A stretch of DNA of 64,000 nucleotides from Paraspadella gotoi (GCA_051294375.1 CM119270.1:18226110-18290109), one strand, 5' to 3'; positions 40,944-55,701 are shown, counted from the stretch's first letter. Numbers and translations: made by a program. The notes: a model not told the origin generated them from the sequence alone.

Positions 40944-41315
40944 GAGAGAGAGAGGGAGAGAGAGAGAGAGAGAATCATTTGATAGACAGCGCATACGCAA
41001 AATGATTTATTAGAAACTATAGGAAACAATGTTTTTAGCTTGATTTTCTTTCTCTCTCGCCTCGTCTCTCTTGCTCTCTCTCTCTTCTCTCTCTTACTCT
41101 CTCACTCCCTCTCTCTCTCCTCTCTTTAACTCTATCTCTTAAACAGAGTTATTTTTTCAGTCACATATTCAAGGAACAACAAATATATCAACAGTTTTCA
41201 CATTTATATAACAAAAATAGTAAAATAACAAAGCGTAACTGTAGTATTCAACAAAAAAACAAAAAAGGCATCAGATTAGAGACGTAAAAATTGGGTTACC
41301 AACATCGACCTTCAG

Positions 41316-41417
41316 GTCAATCGCTCATCAACGGCTGCAGACAAGTGGCCAAGTTTCACATCAAGAAAAATACACAAAGATGCGCTGCTTCTTTGAATTC
41401 TGCGAAGAGTTCGACAG
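41316..41417 (+). pseudogene. Frameshifted copy of innexin exon 4
   Basis: Aligns to 62507-62607 with small indels; the donor reads GGAAG instead of GGTGAAG. Confidence 0.7.
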
Positions 41418-41925
41418 GAAGACTAGACTGAAGAGAGCTGATGGAATTCGGTGTAGTTAATATCTATAAAATTGTTTTTAATCAAGCTTAAAAAATATGT
41501 TTGGTGGGGCTTGCGTTCGGTATGGAATTGGTATCTCGATTGTGGATGGTCAAAACTGAGTAACTTAGTTAGACTCGAAGGATCAGACTGCAGGGGTCCA
41601 CGTTGACAAGATTACTTGTTTTGACATATTTTTTTATTTTAAAAATGTACAGTTTATAATTTTTATTTTAGGAGTAAACTTTATACGTGACCTATAAGTG
41701 AATTAAATATCTTTTAAAATTTAAATTTTTTTTTTTTTTGTAAATTTTAATGTTTTATTTCTCTTTCACTCAGCATCACAATATTATCCAACGACACCAC
41801 CCACTATTTTCTAAAAACCACCTTCTTCCACCCGCCCAACTTTCCACTCTCACCATTCCCCCTTCCCGGATCCCGACCCCCAAAATCACCCCGCCCCCAC
41901 CCCAACTCAAAAAAAACAAACCCAG

Positions 41926-42242
41926 ATCAACAAATACGAAATTCATACCACACGACACGAATTGCCCAGCAGGGGTGTTGTCAAAAGCCAAGCAGTTTAC
42001 ATCTGCGTGGGTTCGTCACTTATGGCAACTTACCTCTACTTTCTTCTCTCCTTCATCAAAGCGTTGTACATCTTCAACCTGGTGGGTCAGCTCTACTGCC
42101 TCACCCTCTTCCTCGGGACGGGACCACCGTGCTGCCACGCGGGGGTCAACGTCCTCGCGGCCTTATCTACGAAGAGAGCTTGTGATCTTCCCTTCGGTTC
42201 CCCATCCAAGACCATTTGCGAGTACTTCCGCGCATGCAGCAG
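41926..42242 (+). pseudogene. Frameshifted copy of innexin exon 5, including the 5' end missing at 63.0-63.15 kb
   Basis: Acceptor aaacccag|A then TCA ACA AAT ACG AAA TTC (STNTKFIPHDTNCPAG), followed by an indel-ridden match to 63156-63410 (YLYFLLSFIKALYIFNLVGQLYCLTLFLGT is readable). Confidence 0.75.
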
Positions 42243-42318
42243 GTACGGGCTCGTTTGGGGGCACAGAAAGTTTCAGTGTAGGGCGGATAGTTCGTGGATG
42301 TTGTTGATGGGCACCCCC

Positions 42319-43764
42319 GATCCGTTGACTAATGATTCCCCGGGCGAAACTCAGAATGGCGCGAGGCTCCAAATTCTTCGCCCTTTTTTATTTCTGCCTT
42401 TAAAAATCTCGGGCTATTTCAAACCCTAATTTTTCTGGCAATGTTAAAACTCAAACTAAAATTTATTTCTAATCCTAAATCAAATTAAAAACGTGGTAAA
42501 GTTTTTTTAAACGCGACTAAAAACGATTAAATACAATGTATCATAGGTTAATTTTAAACCCGAAATGAAGCGCTTATGGGAAATGTGGCCTTTTTCCATT
42601 CGTTCGCTCCATATTTCTTCGTTTAACTGATTAATTGGTTGAAGTGGAAGAATAGATTTCGCGTCTGCCAAAAATAGTTTTAAATTTATTTCTTTATTTA
42701 ATTAGTTACTTTCGTTCTTTAATATATTTTTTTTTATTTCAAAAAAATAATGAAAACTGAGAATCCAAAATGACACATTGAAATAATGACGTAATATGAC
42801 GTAAAAGACAATGACGTTGTGACTAAAATGACCCAAAATGACTTAATGACATAAAGTGGCTAAATAGTTGTTCGCTAAAATTTTCGGGAGACCTTCCAAT
42901 CTTTTTTAAATATTATCAAATTGAAAACTCGCCCAAACTGCGACTAAGCCAAGAGACGCCCATTTCCCACGCCGAGAGCGAATCGTTCTATTTTCAACTT
43001 CGACTCAAAGAGAATTCGAAATTTTTAAACCGAAAAAAATTTTTATCATCTGAATCAAAAGATTCATTTTTAATCGAAGTTAAAAAAAAATGTTCACAGC
43101 AATATGTAAATGAGATTAAAAGACGTTGTATTATTTTAACGACTTCTTTCATTTTGTTTCATCTCCCATGTCACTTAGTGAAGGTGGTCGAGATAAAACT
43201 TGCGAACAAAATGAGATGAATCGATTTAATGGAATGAAAAAAAAGCGAATGGAATCGAACAATGTGCTATTGCTTTTCATGGAGAGGGACAGAGAAAGAA
43301 AGAAAGAGAAAACTTTGCTTTAAATTGATAAACAAACCAATATTAAAATGAATTATAAATATTGTAAAGTTTTCCGATAAGCGTTTGAACAATTATTTGT
43401 AGTATGAACATTTCATAAAAATTCGGTGGGTGACTTTATTTTCTTTCTGTGAAAATATCACTCAGGGTCTCCACAATTGTATCCCTCTGGCACCGATAAC
43501 CTTCTACCATTTTGCCACTTATTTGCCCTTATTCCATTTTATCACTCCGTCACTCTCCCTATCATTTTGCCACTCCGTCACCCTCCCCATAATTTTGCCA
43601 CTCCGTCACCCTCTCGTCATGTGCCACTCTGTCTCGTGTCCTTTCGGGTGGAGCCTCTTTTCACCTGAGTCACTTCCACGTCAGGCGTTCAACAGGCGAA
43701 GAGAAAAAAGGTTCCGCGTGCCAGCGTCCTCTCTCTGTTTCTCTCTCTCTCTCTCTCTCTCTCC
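42319..43764 (+). repeat. Third copy of ~35210-37420, lacking the 35802-36464 segment
   Basis: After exon 5 the sequence jumps to atccgttgactaatgattcccc (=35210) and runs collinearly to gtgccagcgtcc plus the (CT)n tract (=37390-37420). Confidence 0.88.
43505..43635 (+). repeat. ~27-bp tandem repeat (ATTTTGCCACTCCGTCACCCTCCCCATA)
   Basis: Three to four diverged units; also at 37175-37305 and inverted at ~44295-44435. Confidence 0.7.
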
Positions 43765-43998
43765 ATGACGCAAGAATAAGAAGAATAAGAAAAGAGACAT
43801 TTCTCTCTCGATCCGACGCCACATGGCGAGGAGAGGGGAGTCGCTCCGTCCCAGTCGGTTGTGGCCCCGGAGTTTGAGGAAATTTAAAACTTTTTTTAAA
43901 AATAAAAAAATAAATTAAAGGATTCTATAGGTGAGAGATAGGAAGGATGGAGAGAGAGAGAGGGCAGGGAGGAGAGAGAGACCAGGGAGGGAGGGAGT

Positions 43999-44038
<40 letters not shown>

Positions 44039-46678
44039 AGAGAGATCAGAGCGAATACGGTCACGTAGAGTGATATCCGTGATGTTTACTTCTGACTCTC
44101 AATCTTCCGGCTGGTAATGATACGAGAGAGGAGAGATGAGAGAACGATGATAGAGACGTAAGAGAGAAACATGAGAGAGGACGCTGGCCGCGGAGCAACC
44201 TTGATTTCTCTTTCGACCGGTGTCGAACGCCTGTAACGTCGTGGAAGTGACTCAGGGTGACAAAGTATGTGCTCCACCACGAATAGACACGAAGACAGAG
44301 TGCACATGACGATGATAGCGGTGACTCGAAGTGGCAATAATTATGGGTGAGGGTGACGGAGTGCTTAAAATGACTAGGGAGAGTGACGGAATGATGAAAA
44401 TTGGAATAGGGCAAATAAGGTCAAATTCGGCACTAGAAGGCTTATCTCGGTGCCAGAGCGATACAATTGTTGGAGAACCGCATGGATGTGATATTTGTTC
44501 ACAGAGAAGAAATAACATCACCCACCGAATTTTTAATGAAATGTTACATACTACAATATAATTGTTTCAATCGCTTATCGGGAAAAGCTTTACAATATTT
44601 ATGAATTCATTTTATATATTGGGTTGTTTACTCAATTTAAAGCAAAGTTTTCTCTTTTCTTCTTTTCTCTGATCCCTCTCCATGGACAAAGCAAATAGCA
44701 CATTTGTTCGATTCCATTCGCTTTTTTTCATTCCATTAAATCGATATTCATCTTTACTTTTGCTCTCGCAAGGTTTTATCTCGACCACCTATACTAAGTG
44801 GACATGGGAGATGAAACTGAAAAATGATTATATGAAGTCGAGTTAAAATACTACAACGTTCTTTTAATCTCATTTACAATATCGCTGTGAGATCATGTTT
44901 TTTCTTAACTTCGGATTAAAAAGATGAATCTTTTGATTAGAATGATAAAAATTTTTTTCGGTTTAAAAATTTCGAATTCTCTTTTGAGGTCGAAGTTGGG
45001 AAAATAGACGATTCGCTCTCGGACGCCTGGCTTGTCGCACGTAAGTGGGAAGATGAGCGTCTCTTGGCTTAGTCGCAGTTTCGGCGAGTTTTTCAATTGA
45101 TTAATATTTAAAAAGATTGGAATCTCCGCGAAAATTTTATGTCGAACATACTATTTGTAGGGTAACCCCACTCAATGGAGTGAATCAAAAATTTTAGAAT
45201 GATTTATGCTTCAAACAAAATTTTATAACATTCTTTAAGTATACTTCAATTGAAACAAAACATTCTATGTGGCTCTTACCCATAATAATTTAATTTTTAA
45301 TATTTTATTTATAAATAGGAAAGGCCAAATTTTTTTTTGATAATTTTTAAATTATTTAAGATCAGATTCAGATAGCTCATAAAAAGTTGTCGTACCCAAG
45401 TATAATGTTCTTTTTTTAAATATTTTTCATGATAGAGTGAGTCAAAAATTAAGAAAAACCGTAAAAAGGAATCATCATCATCATCATCTTTCGAGTGATT
45501 TTATCAGTTGTTTTAATTTTTTAACATAGAAAAAAGGTAAGAATTTTTAAAGAGCTTGTAATTAATATGTTCCTATTTAACTTTTTAATGCTCTACAGGA
45601 ATCCCATCAAAAATTTTAAGATTTCTTAAAAAAAATTTTACTAATATTTAAAAAGACAAGTAATATTTAATGTATTAATCAAGACGCTACTAGAATATAA
45701 ATTTTTTGAAATATATTGTTTAAATATTTAGTCAAGACAACTGAAAGTACTTTGTAATAGTCGAAATTTATATATTATCTCTGGAGTTGATCCCTAATTT
45801 TATGTCACACACTCATTGTCTTTTACGTCATATTACGTCATTAATTCAAATGTGTCATTTGGATTTCTCAGGTTTTCATTATTTTTTTGAAATAAAAAAA
45901 AATATATTAAAGAAACGAATAGTAACTAATTAAATAAAGAGAATAAATCTTAAAACTATTTTTGGCAGACGCGAAATCTATTCTTCCACTTCAAAACCAA
46001 TTAATCAGTTAAACGAAGAAATATTTCGGGATTGCGAACCGGAATGGAAAAGGCCACATTTCCCATAAGCGCTTCATTTCGGGTTTAAAATTACCTATTT
46101 ACATTGTATTTAATCGTTTTAGTCGCGTTTTAAAAAAACTTTACCACGTTTTTACATTTGTTTTAGGATTAGAAATAAATTTATTTGAGTTTTAACATTG
46201 CCAGACAAATTAGGGTTTGAAATAGCCCGAGATTTTTAAAGGCAAAGAAATAAAAAAGGGGGTAAAATTTGCAGCCTCGCGGTCTTTTTCTGGGAGTTTG
46301 GCCCGGGAATCATTAGTCAACGGGATCGGGAGATGTCCCTTTCTTTCTGCTCCGCGTTGTTGTTGTCGTCGTCGTTTGTCGTTGTTATCCACGTTCGTTC
46401 TTTTCCACATTTTTCCGGCTTTTTTTTCTTTCATTTCCAACATTTTTTTTCTCGATGTCATTGTCTTTGTCTCTTTGTCGTACGTCTTTGTCGTCGTGCT
46501 TTGTCGTCGGTCTTTTGTCGTCGTTAGAATTCCTGGTTCTCGGTTTTCTTTATTTCTTATTTCGATTTCGACTGAGAGCAGAGCGTAAATCCTTCCTTCC
46601 TTTTCTACCTATCCCTTCTTCTTTCCTTTTCCTTTCATTCCTCTCTCCTCCCTTTTCCCAATCTCTCTCTCTCTCTCG

Positions 46679-46712
<34 letters not shown>

Positions 46713-46720
46713 CTCTTCTC

Positions 46721-46764
<44 letters not shown>

Positions 46765-47078
46765 CCTCTCTCTTCGGTTTGCCAAATTAAGAGAAGAAAT
46801 ATGAGGAAAAAAGAGAGATAGTTTCCAATTGATCAACGGCCTATATTTAATTTTTTCTCTTCTCCTCTTTTTTTTTCCTCCTTCTGTTATTCGATTCTCT
46901 GATCAACTCGCGTTTCTTATTTATTATTATATATTATATATATATATTTCGTCGCCTAGAATTAATAAGCTAAAGATCATGTCGGAAGATCATGTCTTTT
47001 TCAATCGTCGAAGAGGAGGAGAAAGTAGGAAAGAGAGACATTCTGTTTCTTTCTTTCTTTCTTTCTTCTTTCTTGTTT

Positions 47079-47110
<32 letters not shown>

Positions 47111-48347
47111 TTCTTTCTTTCTTTCTTTCTTTCTTTCTCTTCTCAAGGGCTTCGGGTTCAAAAGGTCGCGGGACACGCGTCGTGTCTTCGATTCCGCGTT
47201 TGGTCACGCCATCTCAAAGAATGAGGGACACGAGAGTGAATAAGAAAAAGAGCAGGAGACAAAGAAACGATAAAAGAAGGGAAAGAAAAAAGGAGGAAGG
47301 AGAAGAGAAGGAGACAAAGAAAATAAGGGAATAATAAGTAAATTAGAAGCGAAGAAGGAGACAAAGAAAAAGAAAGGACGAAAGAAAAAAGGAGGAATGA
47401 GAAGAGAAGGATAGCAAGAAAATAAAGGATGTAAGCACTTAAAGCAGTAAGAAGAGAAGGAGAGAGGAGACAAAGAAATGTGAAGACGTAATAAGTAAGA
47501 AGAGAATGAGAGAAGAGACAATGAAATTGTGAAGGACGTTTTACAAAAGGAAAGAGGAAAGAACAAAGAAGATTAAAGAGAAGTAGGAGAAGAAAAGAAG
47601 GAGAGGCAAGAGAATTAAAACGGAGAAGACAGAAGGTGAAAGAGGAAGAAAAAAGAAAAAAAGTCTCGCGGCTACAAATTAGATTAAAGTAATAAGAGAA
47701 GAAAGAATAGACGTCGCTGAGGACAAAAGCGAATTTGAAGATATACGATTGATGTAATCAAACTCACCGCACGGACTCTCACCATACTAACCACACAGCT
47801 CAATCACGTGCACTCAGCCCAATCACTTGCCTCACCCAGCCTCAATCACGTGCACGCACAGCTCAAATCAGTACACACAATAAATACGTAAATTAAAACT
47901 CCAAAAAGCCCAAAATCAAAACTGTTATAAAAACTCCTCAACCCTGAAAAACCCTTAGAACCGTTTTAAAACTGCCCGAAAACCTCGCAAATTGCCAAAA
48001 AAACCCTATGGTTAAACTTAGTATAATATAGCTACTGCGTAAATTTTAAAAATTTATAAATATTTTAGGCATTGTATTAATCACCAATAAAACTGTTTTC
48101 CTTAATATATATTTTTTATATTATTAATCTTCATTGTACAATGTTGTTTCATTTTTCACTTAGAATTATAATAAAAAAATTCAATTATAATAACTACCGC
48201 TTACGCCAAAAACCTCAACTCCCGAACCCCACAGACACGAAAAACTCCCAAACAAAACGAAAAAAAAAAAACCCCCCAAAACAAACAAGACAAAACTCAG
48301 GAAGACTCCCGAGTTGGACCTCTCCCGTTTTTTTAAACGTACTCCAC

Positions 48348-48563
48348 TTGATAGTAAGACACTCTTTCTTTCTTGCCTGGTGTTGGGGCCCGAGTATTCG
48401 GGTTCGAGCCCCTGACTGGCTTGTTCGTTCTCAGCGTTTTCCGCTCTGCCGGTTTGATTGGACGAAGCGCCCTCCATGTTCCCCATGTATCGTCGAAAGC
48501 TGCTCCAACAGTAGTTGTTCACGTAATACGCTTGAGCGCCCTGAAATAAGTGGGTGTAAAGCA
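48348..48563 (-). pseudogene. Inverted, frameshifted copy of innexin exon 2
   Basis: The reverse complement of 32940-33158 with indels; ORF-track fragments CFTPTYF and GAQAYYVNNYCW are visible. Confidence 0.75.
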
Positions 48564-49898
48564 CTGTGGGAGGGAGGTAGGGGGTGGTCCGGGGGGGGGT
48601 GGAGATAGGGAGGTGATAGTAGGGGGGTGACAGGCGCGTGTGAAATGGAGACTTTTATTATATGTAAAATTGAGAAAATTATAAAAAATAAACAATATGT
48701 TCCTAATGATACATAGGATTAAGCCATGAACGGGTTCTGGGCATGGAAAACCAGGCTTTGGTGGGTTTTCCACCAATGGCGATTACGGCCGTCCTCACGC
48801 TACCCACAGGGGATCGATCCCGGTACCGATTGATCAATGAAGCACAGGTCACCGCTAATTTAGGAGGGCAGAAGTTATTTCAGTTCCCGTATACGATAAT
48901 TACATAAGATTTCCCTAAATTTAAATCCGATTCTCTCAAAATAAATCTAAAATCTTTCCAAATCTCTCCTCTTTCAATTCGTCGGATAGTAAACAGATTT
49001 GAAGAAGACTTGATGACGAGCGTACAAAAAGTACAGCGAGGAGGAGAGAGAGAGAGAGAGAGAGAGAGACTGAGAGAGAATGACGAGGAGAGAGAGAGAG
49101 AAGAGAGAGAATGGAGAGCAGAGAGAGAGATGACGAAGAGAGAGAGCGCAAGCGAAGCGAGCGATGTCTTCGCATCGTCCGAAATTTGCAAAGTCGAGCT
49201 GATCTTCGTAATGTGGCAAGTTCAGTAATATTGAAGCTTTGACTCTACAGCCGTTCCTGATTTGTTGCATCATTTTGCCTGTTCTGGTTGCCATCATTTA
49301 TTGGATTTGTTGTATTCATTCGTGCCAGGTTGCCTATCTGGAATTGGATGTTCGTCGTTCAATCATTTTCTAGGCTGAATGATCATTTATTGTCTTAATT
49401 TCTTCAGTATGATTAAAATACTCAATTGCTTTGACCTATCATTTACACTCATTTACAGAATTGAATTCAGTGAACCCTAGCAGATGTTTAGTGAGAATGA
49501 ACAGAGTTAATTGTATAATATTTCCTTTCTAAATTCACAAATTTTTTTCATATGACGTAATGTTACTATAGTAGATACAATAATTTAACAAATTAAAATT
49601 CATTCCAAATAATTCGTTTCAATCCGTCGATAATTTTTCTCTCCTCTTCTTCCTCAGTTTATCGATTGCTTTGGTTTTCGCTGCTTTGATTAATGATTTG
49701 CTTAATGGCTCGAATTCGAAATGTTGGCGCGAACATAATCCAACTGTTTCTGGTTTTCCGAAGAGGAAAAACATATGAAGAAAGGATTTTTGCTTTTTGA
49801 ACGAACGAATCGCGACGCTGGAGGCGGGAAAAAAGAAAAGATTCCATCAAAATATTTTGTCGTCCGCGGTTTGAGTTATAATTCTCCCAGTGATCTGA

Positions 49899-49936
<38 letters not shown>

Positions 49937-51574
49937 CTCTTCTCTCTTCTCTCTCTCTCCTCTCTCTCTCACAAAAATAAATAGGCGGAAAAAATTTGAT
50001 GCAGATTCTCACAGTTTTGAGTGAGGGGATGTGGGGGTGGGGCGCTGTATCAGGAGAGGGACTCTAATCGTTTTCTTTTCGCCCAAAAATGAAAACAAAG
50101 TCTTGTTTTTGTTTCAGACATTTTAATTATTGAGTCGTTTTCAAATTTTTAAAGACTTTATGTTGGCTTTCTTTTTATCGTTCCGTTGTTTTGTTGAACC
50201 GTGACCGAGCGCTCACGACCATCTTTTCACAAATTTCTTGACTTTACCGTATACCGAGTCTGAGTGGTGTGACCGACAGACCGAGAGACGCGATCAAGGA
50301 CTGACCAAACGATAGACGGACGAATGGGATCGACCGACCGGTCAGGCTCTCGCGACGGAAAGAGAAGGAATTGGAAATTCGCAACACAGAGAAAATAGAG
50401 AAGTAAAGAAAAGTAAGACAGAAGACTCAACTGTAGACTCCATATTGTTGAAACTCTCTATGTAGAGAAGCTAAGAGAAAAGTAAAGAAGGACACAACTG
50501 TTGACACTGTCTCATGGCTGGCTTTGGTAGTGTTGTAAAGCAGAAGGTTGTGAAACTTCGCTGTTCAACCCTTCCAACGTGGATGAGAGAAAAGAAGGAG
50601 CTAAAGGGTGCGGTCTCTCCTCAGACCGCCGATCATTTCTTAGAAATGCGGTTCAAACTCCTCGAAAAAGAAAGGAAAGAAACAGAAAGAAAAAGCGAGA
50701 CTCAAAACTGGATTCGATAATGGGATTTCTTCATCTCTTTTGATATAGATTTTTTTTTTTTTTTTAACAAAAAAGGTTTTTCTTTTAATCTTTTTCTTGC
50801 AATTTGTTGTTAGATATTGTGTTTTCTCACTTCTTTGCGTTTTTGAGATTGAAACGAAATATTTTTTAACTTTTTCACAACAGAGATTTAAAAATAAAAA
50901 TGGTTGTTTTTAAACATTCACACAAGCATTCTTTCGTTCTAATATTGTTCTTAAATTTTTGTTTTCCGTTTTTTTAGTTGTTTTTTTTATTTAATTCTCG
51001 AGGAACAGATCCTCAGGAAATATTCTCTGACGAGAAAAGATGAAGAGATTTAAGGAGAGAGAGAGAGAGAGAGACCGAGAGAGAGAGAGAGAAGAGAGGA
51101 GAGAGAGAGCATGAGAGAGATGAGCACAGAGGAGACGAGAGAGACCGAGTGAGAAAGAGAGGAGAGGAGAGAGAAAGAGAGAGGAGAGAGAGAGGGAGAG
51201 ATTGATGAGAGAGTTGGCAACTCCATTTTGAAGGAAAGAAATAGAAAACTGGTGGAATATTTTGACAGAGAAGAAAAATAAAATTACATAGTGGTGATGA
51301 AGGAAAATTGTTTTTTTGGAAACGGAAATTAATGAGAACTATAAAATGTATTTAATAATGAAATTAATACTAACAAACAAACGCCGTAAATTTTAAGCTG
51401 GAATAGATTTTTAAAATATTTTTGTCTTTTAATTTTAAAAGTATTCTGATACTACAAAAGGGGGAGGTCCTGGGGTCGGCAGGGCAAGGCCAAGCAAGGC
51501 AAGAAAGGCAAGGCAAGGCAAAGACAGAAGACCGGTCATGGTCAATAAGACGAGAGAAAAGAGTAAGGGAAGGG

Positions 51575-52290
51575 CGGTGGAAAGGGGCCATGAGTCGGGA
51601 AGGGTCTTGGAAGCGGCCACGGGGTGGAAGTTTGTGAAGGAGGCCAACGGGTGGAAGGCGTTGGTAGGAGCTACGGTGGGAAGGGTTGTGGAAGGGGCTA
51701 CGGGTGGAAAGGCTGTGGAAGGGGCACGGTGTGGGAGGCGTTGGAAGGGGGCTAGGGTGGGAAGGGTTGTGGAAGGGGGCTACGGGTGGCGAAGGCTTGT
51801 GGAAGGGGGCCACGGGTGGAGGGCGTTGAAAGGGGGCACGGATGGGAAGGGTTGTGGAAGGGGCCACGGGATGGGAGGGTTGTGAAAGGGGGCTTACGGG
51901 TTGAAGGGTTGTGGTAAGGGGCTACGGTGGAAGGGTGTGGAAGGGGCTACGGTGGGGAAGCGGCTGTGGAAGGGGGCCACGGTGGAAGGGCGTTGGAAGG
52001 GGCACGGGTGGAAGGGCGTTGGAAGGGGCCACGGATGGAGAGGGTTGTGGAAGGGGTGGCCACGGGTGGGATAGGGTTGCTGGAATGGGGCTACGGGTGG
52101 GAAGGCGTTGTGGAAGGGGCTACGGGTGGAAGTGGTTGTGGAAGCGGGGCTACGGTGGGAAGGGTTGTGGAAGGGGGTTACGGGTGGGAAAAGGGTTGTG
52201 AAGGAGGCAACGGGTGGGAAGGGTTGTGGCAGGTTCCACGGATGGGAGGGCTGTGGAAGGGAACGGTGGGAAAGGGTTGAGGAAGGGGGA
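51575..52290 (+). repeat. G-rich ~29-30 bp minisatellite (approx. TGTGGAAGGGGGCTACGGGTGGGAAGGGT)
   Basis: More than 20 noisy tandem units. The corresponding position in the forward copy is the 10-N gap at 27391-27400. Confidence 0.88.
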
Positions 52291-52408
52291 CGCCAAAGAG
52301 GATGGCGGCGGAGGAATCTGTTTTTCCGGTCTCTCAAGATTGTGAACGCATTCAACTTTTTGGCGATATCCCGCCTCCTCCGCCGCCAGCGGTCTTTCCG
52401 GCTTTTAT

Positions 52409-52494
<86 letters not shown>

Positions 52495-55400
52495 CTCTCT
52501 CTTCTCTCATTCTTCTCTCTCTCGCTCTCTCAATCTTATCTTCATTTGGCGTCATTCGCGCGCCACAAAGCGTTTAATCCGTTCTTAATTTACGCCACGC
52601 GTACATCTTTTTAAATGATGAATCTTCGGTTCGTTTCGTTGACGCTTTCTTTGTCCTTACGAGATCGAGGGAGCTTCACTGAGCGCCCATGTGGGAGCCT
52701 TTAAAGCGCTCCCCTGGGGACCTTTGTTTGTCCTGTAATGGCTGAGGTCGTCAAACAGGCGCGTCATTCGCCACCTGTCATACTTACCCTTTTGGACCCT
52801 ACGGAAGGCAGGTTCGCTCGACCCCATAAAAACCACCCATCACATGTTAGAGTCACTGTGTCATGATATTTTTTTATACGTTAGCTTTATGTGCCTTTAT
52901 TTATTTAATAATGCGCCCTGGTGGCAAACATAGGAACGATTGCATCCTTGGCACAATTTCCGTCTTTGCATTCTTTACGACGAGCAAATCTTTGTCCCCA
53001 AATTGCTATTTTCAAGGACGATTTGCATTTCTGAAGCACTCCATTATGGCCAGGTTGGCATTCTTAAGATTTCCGCCATTGTTGCACCGATTTGCTTCTT
53101 TAAGGACTCTGCCATTTTTTGTGGTACAGGTTGCATTTAAGGAACCTACCACTTTGGCCTCAGTAAAAATTTGCATTCTCAATGACTCAGGCTATCTTTT
53201 AGCCCGATTTGCTTTCTTCAGAATCCGCCATTTTTTGTCACCGATCTTGGATTCTCTAAGGACGTCTTCATTATTGGCACCGATTTGCATTCTCAAGGAC
53301 GTCTCATTTCTCGTCCGCCATTTTCGACTTCCGTGCGACGCGCGAGAATCACGGCCTTCATAAAAAATGTCACGCGCAACTTTTTTTTTCTCCCTAATCA
53401 AATTATTATTTTTTCGAACCCAATTTTCAAAAATTTTTTTTTTTCAACTACAGATTTGTTCTAATTTTTTAAACTAATTAATTAACAAAAACCCTTTTCC
53501 ATTTAACTTTATATATATACTCATTAGTCATTACTTCAACCTGTCTTAGTATTTTATCTATCTTTTTCTGTTTCTTTTTTCACTTTGTCATTCATTCTCC
53601 TAGATAAGCCCCTCCTTACCCCTCCTTACCTCCCTCTCTTTTCTCTCCCTTCTCTCTTCGCCATCGCTCTCTCGGGTCCCCAAAACTCGCCTCTCTTCCT
53701 CTCTCCCTCTCCTCCCCTCTCCCATCTCGCCTCTTTTCCAAACCATTTCTCTCACAAACAAAGGCGCTTGTCTCGCGCACGCGCGACGACGACGACGACG
53801 ACGATCACGTGACCGAATCGCAGTACGTCGGTCGTCGTCGTTCGTCTCGTCGTCGTCATTCGTCGTCGTTGTTTTTGTTGTTGCAATTTTCCACCGAATA
53901 GACTTCACTCGTTTTTCTAAAATCGGCTGACCAAAACTCCTCATGCGCAAGACGGACAAGTCAAATGCTTCAAAATTTTCAAAAAACAAGAGGCTCAGTT
54001 TTGGCCCCAGAAGAATTGTGATATTTTTTAATGACGTTTTGAACATTCACAAACTCGTACCGTTTCGTTCCATTTCGCATTCGCATCACCGCCCAAACTC
54101 GTGGCGTCAAGAGCCCGCCCCATATTTTCCCCCCGGACAAACGCCATTCGTCACGCCCCGATCGAGCGAAAAAAAAGCAGCCGTACAAAGATCGGCGCAT
54201 GCTTTCGTTAAAAAAGAGAAGTTGGAGGACAGAGGAGACGGCGGACAGACAAAAGATATAGGTACGAACGGATCAACGGAAGGAGGGACGGACGCGGACG
54301 TGGCGTGGTTTTAAAAAGCACGAGAGATGGAAGGACTGAATTAGGGTTGTTACGGTCACACGGACAAATGACGGTCGGGAGGAGAGACGGGGACGCTAGA
54401 TGCACGCACCCCACGAACGGGTCGTATGCGCGTACGAATCTGATCTTGCATCTGGAGTGCGAGGTATAATCTCTTTTCGTCCAAAGATCGAGTTGACGTT
54501 CATCAAAGAGAAATCCGGATTCCGGGGGAAGATTTTCAGTCTCTCCCCCCCGCTCACTTCTCCCACACTTCTCCCCTACTTTTCGCCACTTCTACGTTGA
54601 CTCTCAATCTTCCCATTCTCACACTTCTCCCCATCGCTCTCTCATTCATCCCTCACTTTCCCCCCACCTTTGCTTTCCCACTTCTCCCTCACTCCTTTCC
54701 CACTTCTCCCCACCTTCCTCCCACTTTCTCCCTCACTCCTTTCCCATTCTCACCCACCTTTCCCTCCCACTTCTTCTCACTTCTTCCCCTCCACCTTTCC
54801 ATCCCACTTTCTTCCGCCCTCAAGCCTCTCCCCCGTACAAACCCCTTTTTTTTTCCAGGGGGCAAAATGAGTTCTTTTTTTAAGCTTGAGCCGCATGCCC
54901 CACTTCAGCCTCGAATCAAAAGGACTTCGAGGCTAATCTTCCCCGCTTTCGCCTGTCACCCACCAATCGCCCCTTCACTCCCGCCCCTTGTTATCCTATC
55001 GCCCTCTGCGTTGCTTCCAGCACAACAACCCTACTTGAAACTTCTCCTCTGATTTGATTCAGGGCGTTTTTTTTCCTCTTTCTCCCTCATCACAATCTCG
55101 TTCCTCCCTTTCCCTTCTCCTTTCCTCCCTTTCATTTCCTTCCTCCCTTTCCCTTCTTCTCCCTTTCCTTTTCCTTTCCTCCCTTTCTCTCTCCTTTCTT
55201 CTTTCCTCGCTTTCCTCCCTTTCCTTCCCCTTTCCTCTTCATTTTCTCCCTTCCTTCCTCATTCCTCCCTTTCCTCTCCCTTTTCTCCCTTTTCTTTCTC
55301 CTTTCCTCACTTTCCCTCTTTTTTCCTCCCTTACCCTCTTTTTCCTCCCTTTCCTCGCTTTCCATCTCCTTTCCTCCTTTTCCTCCCTTTTCGCCTTCTC

Positions 55401-55701
55401 TTTTCCGTTTCTTTCTTCCCTTCCTCCTTTTCTTCCGTTTTCGGCTCCAATTTCCACCCCTTACACTTCTTTCTCTTCCTTTTCTTTTCCTATCACCTTA
55501 CCACCCACCTCAATCACCAACCTTCAACCTTGTTTCCCGGCGTATTCACCCACCATCTCATTCACCAACCTCACCACCTTCTCCTTATCTCCCACCCCTC
55601 CCACTGACCCACCTCCCCCGTATCACCCGCCCTCCCCACTTCAGCGTGACAACCATAAATGCGGGGTAGGAGGAGAAAACTCGCCCTCTTCTCTCTCTCT
55701 C

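Larger units (their letters stand above)
37778..42318 (+). repeat. Direct duplicate of 59257-63472 (3' part of innexin intron 2 through exon 5), error-rich
   Basis: Both copies begin gtcatttt(t)aaa(a)tcctttacctcat and stay collinear through exons 3-5 to gtgggcacc. Confidence 0.92.

Noticed and set aside
51370-52614. Pro-rich and Gly-rich repeat ORFs on both strands
   Set aside because: They arise from the G-rich minisatellite, and unit indels break any consistent frame.
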